A DNA stretch of 64,000 nucleotides, from NCBI GenBank assembly GCA_964016885.1, contig OZ024742.1, positions 27,528,001 to 27,592,000 of the forward strand. Reading direction: 5' to 3'. The notes beneath the pieces were generated by a model, which was not told where the DNA came from, made no database searches, and saw only the letters and a list, made by a program, of their open reading frames with translations. Positions 15,574 through 34,010 of the stretch are shown piece by piece. Both the position numbers and the translations under genes were made by a program. This DNA is from Eledone cirrhosa. Its lineage: Eukaryota. Positions within the stretch are counted from its first letter, which is position 1, and the number at the start of each line of letters is the position of its first letter.

Positions 15574-16625
15574 AATGAAAAAAGAGGATGAAAAGAGAGG
15601 AGGAGATGAGTGTAAAAATTGGAGAGGGAGGAGTATAATGAGGAAGGATGAGATAGGAGGAGAGATGGGTGATAGAGAGAGAGAGATAGCTTTTATAACT
15701 GAGAAAGATATATTGTTTTACATAGAGAGGTTGAAAACCGTTGGAAGATAATGTATAAATTAAAAGAATTTGAAAATTAACGAAGAGAAAAATAATGTAA
15801 AGTTAAGGTTTGTATATTGAGGGGTTTAATAATATGTGCGATGAAAAGAAAATGTTAATATGTATTAAGAATAATATTTAAGGGTTTAATAACATGTGCG
15901 ATGGAAAGAGAAAGTTAATATGTATTAAGAATGATATTTAAGGGTTTAATAATATGTGCGATGGAAAGAAAATGTTAATATGTATTATTAAAAAGAACAA
16001 CAGGTAATTTAAGTAAGGATATATTGTGAGATGAGCATGAATGAGTTAGATGAAAGGGAGAAAAGAATAATGAATTGAGGATGAATAATCTAACGTCAAA
16101 AAGATGTTTATGTTTACGAAGGATTTTTACAAGGTGATATAGAGTAAGAATGTATTGTATTATGTAATAATTGATTCTATGTTAGGCAACAGTGAGAAGA
16201 GGTACAGATTAGGGGTTAGAGATTAAAAGAAAAAGAGAAGAAAGGGAAGTGATATATAGGAGCGATATAGAATGAGTAACAAGTATTATAGAATGAGTAA
16301 CAAGTATTATATAATGTATAATAAAACCTTTGAAATAAGCTAGAAAGATGGGTATATTTTTAAAGAAATGTATATATATATATGTGCCTTTGAGAAAAAG
16401 ATTGTAATTGATAAAGTTTTGGATATTAGCTGTATACTTTGTGGAATGTTTTGTGGAATTTATGCAAGCAGATAGAAAACAAGCCAGTGCGTCTATTTAT
16501 TATAGAATCTAAATTAGATATAATGGTAGATTTTTCATTTAGACAGAGATTACAAATCTTGGATAGAGAACTGTTCAAGTATGAGACGCAGAAGAAACCT
16601 TCTTCGAAAAGATGCTATATTTAAT
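15574..16625 (-). mobile_element. PLE family C fragment (end of GIY-YIG + 3' UTR with 60-bp repeats)
   Basis: Near-identical to 24822-25613 and to the reverse complement of 25690-26680. Confidence 0.8.
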
Positions 16626-16628
16626 ATG

Positions 16629-16749
<121 letters not shown>

Positions 16750-16750
16750 G

Positions 16751-16866
<116 letters not shown>

Positions 16867-16871
16867 TGTAT

Positions 16872-17100
16872 ATATATAAGAACAAAAGATGGTTAAAAGA
16901 GTTCCATGTATTTTATTATGCGCATTTCAAAAACAAATATCAACATGCAATAATATATATTTGTTTAATAAAATACATGGAACTCTTTTAACCATCTTTT
17001 GTTCTTATATATTATGTATACTCCAGTCCGACAAACTGTAGAGTGCTTCTTATCCGATATCTGCATTGCTTTATTGTACTACAATAAAACTCACCTCCTA
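16872..17100 (+). mobile_element. Fold-back mini-element, PLE family C
   Basis: Arms about 16872-16918 and 16966-17011; tail 17012-17100 almost identical to 26930-27016. Confidence 0.8.
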
Positions 17101-17156
17101 CATATATATGTATATATATATATGTATATATACATATATACATATATATATGTATG

Positions 17157-17203
<47 letters not shown>

Positions 17204-17240
17204 CTATATATATATATATACGTATATATATATATATATC

Positions 17241-17307
<67 letters not shown>

Positions 17308-17308
17308 G

Positions 17309-17341
<33 letters not shown>

Positions 17342-17342
17342 G

Positions 17343-17442
<100 letters not shown>

Positions 17443-17453
17443 TACATATATAC

Positions 17454-17481
<28 letters not shown>

Positions 17482-17487
<6 letters not shown>

Positions 17488-17970
17488 TTAGAAACACACA
17501 GATACATGTGTGTGTCCGCATGTATCTGTGTGTTTCTAAATATATTGTTAATAACTCCCTCTGGTCGAGCAATCTTTAAAGTGTGGGGACAGCTGGAAAG
17601 CTTCCATTACTCATACTTCTCGCCTTCTTCACCACTTCTTCTGCGGCCTCGATATAAATACCCCCTCCGCCTCCGTGGTATTTTCTTCGGGGTTATAAGA
17701 GGCTTAGCTCTGTTTCTCGACCGTTATATCGCGTGACTATCTCCCCCTCCGCCTTTTGGGATTCTTTCTCACGTCGTGTAGACGCGTTTTTGAGACTAGT
17801 AAAATGAGGTATCCTCTTGATAAGTCGGCAGACCTTGCAAGGACTCTATATCTTTATGATATATTGTTTTTGTTTATGCCACGAAACTACGTAGTCGAGG
17901 AATTTAGGAGCAGTTTAGGTATGATACATTTTATTACTAATTATATCTAAATGTTTCTTCTCTCTTCATA
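17482..17970 (+). mobile_element. 27-bp-arm fold-back followed by a pLTR-like segment with a hammerhead
   Basis: Arms 17482-17508 and 17519-17545, then a taataactcc tail start; hammerhead at 17812-17901. Confidence 0.55.
17812..17901 (+). ncRNA. Type I hammerhead motif, U3-A8 core variant
   Basis: tcctc-TTGATAA-gt..ggca...tgcc-ac-GAAA-ctacgtag-TC-gagga. Confidence 0.6.
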
Positions 17971-18065
<95 letters not shown>

Positions 18066-18069
18066 CATT

Positions 18070-18928
<859 letters not shown>

Positions 18929-18966
18929 TATATGTATATATGTATATATATATATATATATGTATC

Positions 18967-19243
18967 ACCATCATCATCATCATCATCATTTTACGTCCGC
19001 TTTTCCCTGCTTGCAAGGGTGGGACGGGTCTTATTCAGCACAGCATCTCTCCACTCGTCACGGTCCCTCGTCATCTCCACCGTGAGCTTCAATGATCTGA
19101 GGTCTGTTCTCACCACCTCCGCCCATGTTTTTCGTGGTCTACCTCTACCACGTCTTCCTTCAACTGGCATTTCCTGGCACTTCTTCACCCATCGGTCATC
19201 CTCCATGCGCATCACATGTCCATACCACCTCAGTCTCCTCAGT
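18967..19243 (-). mobile_element. RTE LINE 3' fragment, second subfamily
   Basis: [22 protein letters not shown]...GRGRPRKTW, followed directly by (GAT)n. Confidence 0.85.
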
Positions 19244-19292
19244 ATATATATAAATATATATATATGTATATATATATAAATATATATATATG

Positions 19293-19332
<40 letters not shown>

Positions 19333-19351
19333 TATATACATATATATATAC

Positions 19352-19440
<89 letters not shown>

Positions 19441-19514
19441 TACATATATATATACATATATATATATGTGTTTATATATATATACATATATATACATACA
19501 TATATATATATATG

Positions 19515-19551
<37 letters not shown>

Positions 19552-19628
19552 TTATATATGTATATATATTTATATACATATATATACATATATATATATA
19601 TGTATATATATATATACATATCTATCTA

Positions 19629-19675
<47 letters not shown>

Positions 19676-19688
19676 GTGTATATATATA

Positions 19689-19759
<71 letters not shown>

Positions 19760-19794
19760 GTATATATATATGTGTATATATATATATATGTATT

Positions 19795-19836
<42 letters not shown>

Positions 19837-19845
19837 AATATATAT

Positions 19846-20456
19846 GGTGGCTGCCAACTCGTTTTCGAGTACGGACACTACTTCATATCCATGTAGGAGA
19901 ACCCCTACTGATGCGCTGAACGAGTGTAACTTTTTAGTCCCGCCAGCGACTTGAAAACTCTGGTACACACACTGCACTTGTGACAATTATTGACACATAT
20001 TGCTGGGCCCATGGTACCATGTGACAACAAGTGCAGAGAGATCTCCAGATATAAAGCAATGCCTGTGCCGTGAAGCTTTTATAGTGAGCAAAGGCACTGC
20101 ACAAAGCCTGTCACACTCTCTTAACCAAGATGATATTTACCAAAAAGAAGAACAAGTCAACATCATTGGATACCATCAGGGTTGCAGGTGTTATATCAGA
20201 GTTTTCTTTCTCCTAGAATTCTGCCTTGACAAAGGCTAAGGGGTCATCTCTCCCGGTGATTTTGGATGGCCATTGACTCTTAAGAGCTCCTTTGCCTTTT
20301 GACAGGTTTTGTTTTTAGTCCTGCAGGATGTCCAAAGTCACCCTCCTCACCCAGAAAACTTGGTGGGGTTGCCAGTTTAGTCGCCAATGACCCGACCATG
20401 ACACAGGTTGTACTGGGATACATGTTACCAGTAGCACCAACTGGTGACCTGACATG
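19846..20456 (-). mobile_element. ~610-bp non-coding TA-flanked interspersed element (copy 1)
   Basis: Highly similar to 55564-56160, with an identical left boundary ggtggctgccaactcg; strand inferred from the candidate ribozyme. Confidence 0.75.
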
Positions 20457-20470
20457 ATATATATATATAC

Positions 20471-20585
<115 letters not shown>

Positions 20586-20591
20586 CATATA

Positions 20592-20623
<32 letters not shown>

Positions 20624-20654
20624 CGTATATATATATATAATATATATATATTAT

Positions 20655-20734
<80 letters not shown>

Positions 20735-20780
20735 CATATATATATATGTATATGTATATATATATACATATATATATATG

Positions 20781-20823
<43 letters not shown>

Positions 20824-20825
<2 letters not shown>

Positions 20826-21016
20826 CGAAGGAAATGTGGTAAGGAACCAGGTGGACCATAACGCACCAAAGTACTCAATACTTGAGGTAGTAGAGTGGGT
20901 AATAGGAACCAGTAAGACCCCGACAGCTGAGCTCAAGCCGTTTCGACGGCTAATTCTGGACGTCCAGAATTAGCCGTCGAAACGGCTTGAGCTCAGCTGC
21001 CGGGGTCTTACTGGTT

Positions 21017-21021
<5 letters not shown>
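20824..21021 (-). mobile_element. Fold-back mini-element, family A (copy 2)
   Basis: Near-perfect spacerless palindrome 20902-21021 centred at 20961/20962; tail 20824-20901 matches 10389-10467. Confidence 0.75.
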
Positions 21022-22831
<1,810 letters not shown>

Positions 22832-22883
22832 GAATAAGGAAAAGCGAAGTAGTTTCAGATGTTCAAGTCCTTTAATAATAATC

Positions 22884-22955
22884 CTGTGATATATATTTCA
22901 GTGACGAAACTGGCCACACTGTTTTGTGTGCGAGTGTCGTGTCATCATCAGACAG
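22884..22955 (-). ncRNA. Type I hammerhead ribozyme motif
   Basis: ctgt-CTGATGA-long stem II-GAAA-tatata-TC-acag. Confidence 0.65.
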
Positions 22956-24184
22956 CTTGTTACATAATAAGGTTATGTTTCCGAGGCAATCCAAATTGGA
23001 TCGACAAGGGAACGGATGAATTGCGTGTTCTTGGGTTTTTCATCCGCTCCCTTGTGAGTACCAATTCACCCCCACCGGCCTGCGCAAGCGCATGTCCGAA
23101 GGAAGGTGACCATTCACCACCGCAGACTTCAACGAAATTTGCTTAGACAGTTCATCCTGTCATCCAAAACAATGGCCCACCAATGCCTGTACCATATTTT
23201 ACTGCTACCCATCACGGCTGTGGCAGTCAGCCGAGAGCCAGAGGGGATGGGAGAGTGTTAGTTTTTACAGGTCATAGACTACCCCTCACTAAGCGTTAAC
23301 GGTACGACTGACCATCACCTTATTAGGGAAAATAAACTTATTCTAGGTATCATGGTTTTACGTTGGAAGTTAAGAGTGAGAGTTGGAAATAAAAATTAAA
23401 ATCCTAAATCAAATATCAGAAATTATAAATTAAACAATTAAGAAATTAACAATTAGAAATTAAAGAATTAAAAAAAGAATTAAAAGAATTCTTTTGAGGT
23501 GATAATTCGGATTGAGGTGAGTAAAAATATAGACTGAAGTGAGTAATTAATATGGAGAGAGGTGTTTAAGTAATATGTTCTGAGAGGGATTCTAGTGTCA
23601 CAGTTACTCTATCAACATATTAAACGACGGTGTCTTACATTATAACTACAGGGCTACAGGCATTAGTGAATCTGGTACACAGTCCTAATTTCCATCTCAT
23701 GGAACAAAATCAAAGAAAAACAGACATAAAGTACACAAAAGAAAAGAACAGAACCAACAGTGAATAAATGCAAAAACACAGAGTACATATATGATCCATA
23801 TGATTGTCCATCTGTCCATGTATAGATTGAATTGAGGGGGCCTCTGTTCAAGTGCGATTTGGTGCAGGAAAATAGGGGTTTATCCTATTATTTGTTTCCG
23901 CGTATTTATCCTGCCGAAAATTATTATTATGTCCGTCCAGTGTAAGGGGTTTCCATCCCCATGGTAGAGGGAATTTCCGGGGTAGCTTATGGTTGGTTCC
24001 TCTCTTCTCCACCATATCGGTTACATCGTAAAGCGCTCAACTTTTGGAGCTAAATTATTAGGGTAAACATTGATGCAATTCAATTCAAGCACTCAACGTA
24101 CTTTTTCCACATAGGAGTGACGGAGTAAATATCGAATGAGGAAAAGCGAAGTAGTTTCAGATGTTCAAGTCCTTTAATAATAAT

Positions 24185-24258
24185 GCTGTGATATATATTT
24201 CAGTGACGACACTGGCCACACTGTTCTGTGTGCGAGTGTCGTGTCATCATCAGACAGC
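24185..24258 (-). ncRNA. Type I hammerhead ribozyme motif
   Basis: gctgt-CTGATGA-stem II (acgacact/agtgtcgt)-GAAA-tatata-TC-acagc. Confidence 0.7.
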
Positions 24259-24528
24259 TTGTTACATAATAAGGTTATGTTTCCGAGGCAATCCAAATTG
24301 GATCGACAAGGGAACGGATGAATTGCGTGTTCTTGGGTTTTTCATCCGCTCCCTTGTGAGCACCAATTCACCCCCACTGAAATATATATCACAGCATTAT
24401 TATTATAGGACTTGAATATCTGAAACTACTTCGCTTTTCCTTCTTCGATATTTACTCCGTCACTCCTATGTGGAAAAAGTACGTTGAGTGCTTGATTTGA
24501 ATTGCATCAATGTTTACCCTAATATGTA

Positions 24529-24563
<35 letters not shown>

Positions 24564-24586
24564 TTATATATATATATATGTATATA

Positions 24587-27016
24587 TAATATATAAGAAC
24601 AAAAGATGGTTAAAAGTGTTCCATGTATTTTATTATGCGCATTTCAAAAACAAATATCATCATGCAATAATATTTGTGTTTTCATCAGATAAAACAGGAA
24701 GACATGATATGAAGGTTAAAAAACACTTGTGGATAGTGCAGTTTTAAATCAACATATCAGAAGTAGTTTTAGATTGATGTGTGATATTGGGAAAAATATT
24801 TTATTTGGGGGGGGGGGGGTGAAAAAGAGGAGGAGATGAGAGTAAAAAGTTGAGAGGGAGGAGTATAATGAGGAAGGATGAGATAGGAGGAGAGATGGGT
24901 GATAGAGAGAGAGAGATAGCTTTTATAACTGAGAAAGATATATTGTTTTACATAGAGAGGTTGAAAACCGTTGGAAGATAATGTATAAATTAAAAGAATT
25001 TGAAAATTAACGAAGAGAAAAATAATGTAAAGTTAAGGTTTGTATATTGAGGGGTTTAATAATATGTGCGATGAAAAGAAAATATTAACATGTATTAAGA
25101 ATAATATTTAAGGGTTTAATAACATGTGCGATGGAAAGAGAAAGTTAATATGTATTATTAAAAAGAACAACAGGTAATTTAAGTAAGGATATATTGTGAG
25201 AGGAGCATGAATGAGTTAGATGAAAGGGAGCAAAGAATAATGAATTGAGGATGAATAATCTAACGTCAAAAAGATGTTTATGTTTACGAAGGATTTTTAC
25301 ACGGTGATATAGAGTAAGAATGTATTGTATTATGTAATAATTGATTCTATGTTAGGCAACAGTGAGAAAAGGGTACAGATTAGGGGTTAGACATTAAAAG
25401 AAAAAGAGAAGAAAGGGAAGTGATAAATAGGAGCGATATAGAATGAGTAACAAGTATTATATAATGTATAATAACCTTTGAAATAAGGTAGAAAGATGGG
25501 TATATTTTTAAAGAAGTGTATATATATATATATGTGCCTTTGAGAAAAAGATTTGGATATTAGCTGTATACTTTGTGGAATGTTTTGTGGAATTTATGCA
25601 AGCAGATAGAAAATACAAACTTAAAAGAACCAACACGGCTCTCTCAGAACTCATAGGGTCCTTGAAAGACAACAATATTAAATATAGCATCATTTGGAAG
25701 AAGGTTTCTTCTGCGTCTCTATACTTGAACAGTTCTCTATCCAAAATTTACAATATCTGTCTAAATGAAAAATTTACCATTATATCTAATTTAGATTCTA
25801 TAATAAATAGACGCACTGACTTGTTTTCTATCTGCTTGCATAAATTCCACAAAACATTCCACAAAGTATACAGCTAATATCCAAATCTTTATCAATTTAG
25901 AATCTTTTTCTCAAAGGCACATATATATATATACACTTCTTTAAAAATATACCAATCTTTCTAGCTTATTTCAAAGTTTATTATACATTCTATAATAATT
26001 GTTACTCATTCTATATCGCTCCTATTTATCACTTCCCTTCTCTATTTCTTTTAATCTCTAAGCCCTAATCTGTACCCTTTTCTCACTGTTGCCTGAAATA
26101 GAATCAATTATTACATAATACAATACATTCTTACTCTATATCACCGTGTAAAAATCCTTCGTAAACATAAACATCTTTTTGATGTTAGATTATTCATCCT
26201 CAATTCATTATTTTTTTCTCCCTTTCATCTAACTCATTCATGCTCCTCTCACAATATATCCTTACTTAAATTACCTGTTGTTCTTTTTAATAATACATAT
26301 CAACATTTTCTTTCCATCGCACATATTATTAAACCCTTAAATATCATTCTTAATACATATTAACTTTCTCTTTTCATCGCACATGTTATTAAACCCTTAA
26401 ATATTATTCTTAATACATGTTAATATTTTCTTTTCATCGCACATATTATTAAACCCCTCAATATACAAACCTTAACTTTACATTATTTTTCTCTTCGTTA
26501 ATTTTCAAATTCTTTTAATTTATACATTATCTTCCAACGGTTTTCAACCTCTCTATGTAAAACAATATATCTTTCTCAGTTATAAAAGCTATCTCTCTCT
26601 CTCTATCACCCATCTCTCCTCCTATCTCATCCTTCCTCATTATACTCCTCCCTCTCAACTTTTTACTCTCATCTCCTCCTTTCTTTCGTCCTTTCCACCC
26701 CCCCCCCACCACAAAATAAAATATTTTTCAAAATATCACACATCAATCTAAAACTACTTCTCATATGTTGATTTAAAACTGCACTATCCACAAGTGTTTT
26801 TTAACCTTCATATCATGTCTTCCTGTTTTATCTGATGAAAACACAAATATTATTGCATGATGATATTTGTTTTGAAATGCGCATAAAATACATGGAACTC
26901 TTTTAACCATCTTTTGTTCTTATATATTATGTATACTCCAGTCCTACAAACTGTAGAGTGCTTCTTATCCGATATCTGCATTGCTTTATTGTACTACAAT
27001 AAAACTCACCTCCTAA
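24587..27016 (+). mobile_element. Fold-back PLE family C: ~1.05-kb inverted arms, GIY-YIG C-terminal remnant, tail
   Basis: Arms 24587-25613 and 25824-26929; the spacer encodes TALSELIGSLKDNNIKYSIIW...ICLNEK...INRRTDLFSICLH, homologous to the end of ORF 51130-51921. Confidence 0.85.
24628..24694 (-). ncRNA. Type I hammerhead ribozyme motif (mirror copy at 26826-26889 + has a 3-nt stem I deletion)
   Basis: ttttat-CTGATGA-aaacacaaatat/atatttgttttt-GAAA-tgcgca-TA-ataaaa. Confidence 0.75.
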
Positions 27017-28634
<1,618 letters not shown>

Positions 28635-31600
28635 GTAATAATAATAAAATTGAAGACTAAAATCCAAAGAGGGCTCGATAAGGATAAATATATATCAAAT
28701 ATATAAGAACCGTAGACTAAATATTTATTAAATAACAGATTAAAGTTTAAGCAAAGAATCGCTGCCTTCACCCTTAACGGGATCTTCTGAAACTAACAAA
28801 GTCAATATGTAAACGCAGAACTGGATATTTCAAAAACGTTGCAACTGGAGGAAGACAGGAAGACGATACTTTGGTTCGTGGTAACGTTCGCTGGCAAAGA
28901 ACGGGAAAAAACGAATAATACGTCATTAATAGGAGCGGTGAAAAACAATTACGCGCAAAGACAGAACTACGTTTATGGTATAAAATAGGTCGTAGACTAA
29001 TGTTCTCTTAGGTGGTGCATAGAGACGTTCTATGGCAATGAACGAAAAAAGGAAGATAATAAGTCATATGTGGAGCGTGGAGAACAATAGCACGCAAAAA
29101 CAAAACCACGTAAATGGTATAGCAGAAGTCGTAGACTAAAATTCTAACTAGGAGACCAAATGAATCTCCGCTACAGAGTTAAGAACAAAGTAAATAAATA
29201 CAATACAGAAGTAATAGAAATAAATAAATACGTACACGCAAACAAATACGTACATACACAAGCATACGCAAACCTTACCATAGGTATACAAAACCACGCA
29301 CATATAAATATGTGTGTTTGTATGCTTGTGTACAAATAAATAAATAATTATATAAACGTATATAAGTAAATAAATACGTATATAACTAGCGCACACACAT
29401 ACCTACATATAAATACACGAATGTTCGGAGACGTACGTCAACTAAAACAAGAAGTACACATATACACACACCCACCATACGTACGAACCTGCATACTCAC
29501 GCAGACGCAAAACTCCCGTATACACATAGCCAAACCTAAATACCAGAATATATAAAAATTATACGCCATAACAATCAAATATACGTACGAGAAGGTATAC
29601 ATACCTTCGCAAAACATACGGGTAATATATACTTACCTATGCAATTAAGTAAAGGAATAAACAAAACATATACTTAGCTCCCACATCAAGACGTAAAATA
29701 TCCACGTATAGATCGTACTATCCGTTAGGGTATAGCGTTGGGCTGTAATACAGGAAAGTTTTGTGCAATTTATGTTTACAAGCCGAAATTGCCTCAGATT
29801 TTTTGTTTAAGATGTGGTCTGTTGGCGTAGAGTATTTCCAGGGCCTCAGCGGCGCAGAGGTCACATGGTCTTTTATTTCCGTTATACGATCTAGCCCTAG
29901 CTAGGATCTCCCAGTGTAACTTATATTGGGTGTGGTTGTCTTTTAGACTCCAGATATAAGTCTAAAGTGACGTCATATTCCTTCTTAGAGAGTAACGAAA
30001 AGAATGGGTATGCATGTAAAGACGCTGCTTGAAACTATTGGCAGTTAACCCTATGTAGACCCTACGGGACGTGGGTGTTACAACCTTACATTTGTAGACA
30101 ATGTTACTAAAGAGGCATTTCCCGGATAGGGGGCAATCAGCCCGATTCCTACAATTACAGTTAGTACTAACTACAAGGTTGCACGTGTTCCTACGGCTAG
30201 GTAGTTTAGCTAAATTTGAAGCTGTGATGTTATGTGCAAGGTTAGGAGTCGTAGAGTAAGAAATTTTAATAGTATTTCTATTAAAAATGTTACTATATTT
30301 ATGTGTAGGGGGAAAATGCTTCGTAATAAGGGAAAGGAAGATCTTAGCTAATCCTTAACCACTGTGAGTGTTTTAGCGAAAATGATAGCTCTAAGGAGAA
30401 GTGGTAAAGTGATGGAGGAGTAGTAATTGTTGATGCCGAATTGGATAAAACGGCAATGTTCCTTGTTACGTATGCCGTTGAACCAATCAATCACCGCGAA
30501 AGAATTGTTCCACAGTGCGAGAGAGGCCAAACTTCTAATTTCAGGTATAATTCTATCAAGAATCGTTGTCGCATTTGTTGGTTTAACCCACCATATAATA
30601 TGGAGGTGGCCACACCATTAGCTAAGATCTTCCTTTCCCTTATTACGAAGCATTTTCCCCCTACACATAAATATAGTAAAATTTATAGTAAAAACATAAA
30701 TTGCACAAAATTTTCCTGTATTACAGCCCAACGTTATACCCTAACGGATAGTACGATCTATACGTGGATATTTTACGTCTTGATGTGGGAGCTAAGTATA
30801 TGTTTTGTTTATTCCTTTACTTATTTGCATAGGTAAGTATATATTACCCGTATGTTTTGCGAAGGTATGTATACCTTCTCGTACGTATATTTGATTGTTA
30901 TGGCGTATAATTTTTATATATTCTGGTATTTAGGGTTAGGCTATGTGTATACGGGAGTTTTGCGTCTGCGTGAGTATGCAGCTTCGTACGTATGGTGGGT
31001 GTGTGTATATGTGTACTTCTTGTTTTAGTTGACGTACGTCTCCGAACATTCGTGTATTTATATGTAGGTATGTGTGTGCGCTAGTTATATACGTATTTAT
31101 ATACGTTTATATAATTATTTATTTATTTGTACACAAGCATACACACACACATATTTATATGTGCGTGGTTTTGTATACCTATGGTAAGGTTTTGCGTATG
31201 CTTGTGTATGTACGTATTTGTTTGCGTGTACGTATTTATATATTTCTATTACTTCTGTATTGTATTTATTTACTTTGTTCTTAACTCTGTAGCGGAGATT
31301 CATTCGGCCTCCGAGTTAGAATTTTAGTCTACGACTTCTGCTATACCATTTACGTTGTTTTGTTTTTGCGTGCTATTGTTCTCCACGCTCCACATATGAC
31401 TTATTATCTTCCTTTTTTAGTTCATTGCCAGAGAACGTCCTCTATGCACCACCTAAGAGAACATTAGTCTACGACCTCTTTTATACCATAAACGTGGTTC
31501 TGTCTTTGCGCGTAATTGTTTTTCACCGCTCCTATTAATGACGTATTATTCGTTTTTTCCTATTTTTTGCCAGCGAACGTTACCACGAACCAAGGCATCG

Positions 31601-31742
31601 TCTTCCTGTCTTCCTCCGGTTGCAACGTTTTTTGAAATATCCAGTTCTGCGTTTACAGATGACTTTGTTAGTTTCAGAAGATGCCGTTAAGGGTGAAAGC
31701 AGCGATTCTTTGCTTAACTTTAATCTGTTATTTAATAAATAT
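28635..31742 (-). mobile_element. Fold-back PLE family D with deleted RT/GIY-YIG remnants
   Basis: Inverted arms from 28721 and 31742 inward, tail 28635-28720; RT motif A remnant RFIQFGINNYYSSIT (30348-30530 -); ICWFNPPYN linker (+); GIY-YIG remnant about 29800-30170 (-). Confidence 0.8.
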
Positions 31743-31775
31743 ATATACATATATATAGATATATATATATATACA

Positions 31776-31917
<142 letters not shown>

Positions 31918-31928
31918 TATATACATAT

Positions 31929-31961
<33 letters not shown>

Positions 31962-31962
31962 A

Positions 31963-32009
<47 letters not shown>

Positions 32010-32014
32010 CATAT

Positions 32015-32115
<101 letters not shown>

Positions 32116-32120
32116 CATAT

Positions 32121-32153
<33 letters not shown>

Positions 32154-32154
32154 A

Positions 32155-32207
<53 letters not shown>

Positions 32208-32217
32208 CATATATATT

Positions 32218-32257
<40 letters not shown>

Positions 32258-32264
32258 TATATAC

Positions 32265-32329
<65 letters not shown>

Positions 32330-32454
32330 CATACACACACACATATTTATATACATATATATATATATACATATATATATACATATATATATATACATAT
32401 ATATATATATCCTTCAAATTTATTATTACTATATATATATATATATATATATTC

Positions 32455-32557
<103 letters not shown>

Positions 32558-32558
32558 C

Positions 32559-32612
<54 letters not shown>

Positions 32613-32769
32613 TTATACATATTACATATACATATATATATACATATATATACATATACATATATATATACATATATATATATACATATACATATATATA
32701 TATACATATATATATGTATATGTATATATACATATATATATACATATACATATATATATACATATATAC

Positions 32770-32803
<34 letters not shown>

Positions 32804-32822
32804 GTGTATATATATATATATA

Positions 32823-32881
<59 letters not shown>

Positions 32882-32882
32882 G

Positions 32883-32917
<35 letters not shown>

Positions 32918-32921
<4 letters not shown>

Positions 32922-33613
32922 CAGACGACTCGCTGGCTGGATCTTGAGGACTTTCCGGACAAGAGATCGAGACACCATGTTGACACTGTGGAGGACTTTT
33001 GTCCTAAGCCGCCTGGACTACTGCTCCCAGTTGTGGTCACCCCATAGTGTCAAACAAACCACGGAGCTTGAGGCAATCCAGCGTGGCTACACCTAGAGGA
33101 TTGCCAAGATGAGGGAGACAAGCTACTGGAGAGGCTAAAGGAACTGAACCTCTACTCCTTGGAGCGAAGACGGGAGAGATACGCACTGATCTACATTCGG
33201 AAAATCCTGGAGGGACTAGCAGCAAACTTTGGCATCGGGAGATGGATCAACCGTCGAACAGGACGTCACTGTGTGGTGCCAAAGGTCCCGTCTTCCACAT
33301 CTAGAATAAGGAGCAGGTATTGCAATAGCCTGGGATTCAAGGGCCCTCAAATCTTCAAAAGGCTGCCGAGGCATCTGAGAGACTTGCATGGCGTGGAGGT
33401 GGATGTCTTCAAGAAACATCTCGACACCTTGTTATCCAGTATCCCGGATGAGCCCACAGCAAGACACGAGGGAAACCTAAGGGCAGCAGCAACAAACTCC
33501 CTCTTACACCAGTGGCCAACCTATACAGGCTGGAGATAAAATGTGTAGCAACAAGGGCGGTGCCCCAGCATGGCCTCAGTCGATGGCTGAAACAGGTAAA
33601 AGAGTAAAAGAGT
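32918..33613 (+). mobile_element. CR1-group LINE 3' fragment with (TAAAAGAG)n tail
   Basis: [36 protein letters not shown]; 3' stem-loop region ggcggtgccccagcatggcc. Confidence 0.85.
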
Positions 33614-33623
33614 ATATTTATAC

Positions 33624-33831
<208 letters not shown>

Positions 33832-33832
33832 G

Positions 33833-33863
<31 letters not shown>

Positions 33864-34010
33864 ATATACATATATAATATATATACATATACATAAACAC
33901 ACACACACATATATATATATATATTCATGAATATATATAAACATATATATACATATATATATTTGCATATATATATATATACCTATATATATATATATAT
34001 ATATATATAT

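Larger units (their letters stand above)
22832..24522 (-). mobile_element. Non-coding PLE-type element: direct pLTRs 1302 nt apart plus an inverted terminal arm
   Basis: Direct repeats 22832-23077 and 24134-24377, each with a hammerhead; 24376-24522 is the inverted copy of 24056-24204. Confidence 0.8.

Noticed and set aside
31665-31715. Hammerhead in PLE family D (cagaaga...gaaa)
   Set aside because: Core U4 is A in both arms and I could not form a convincing stem I or III.
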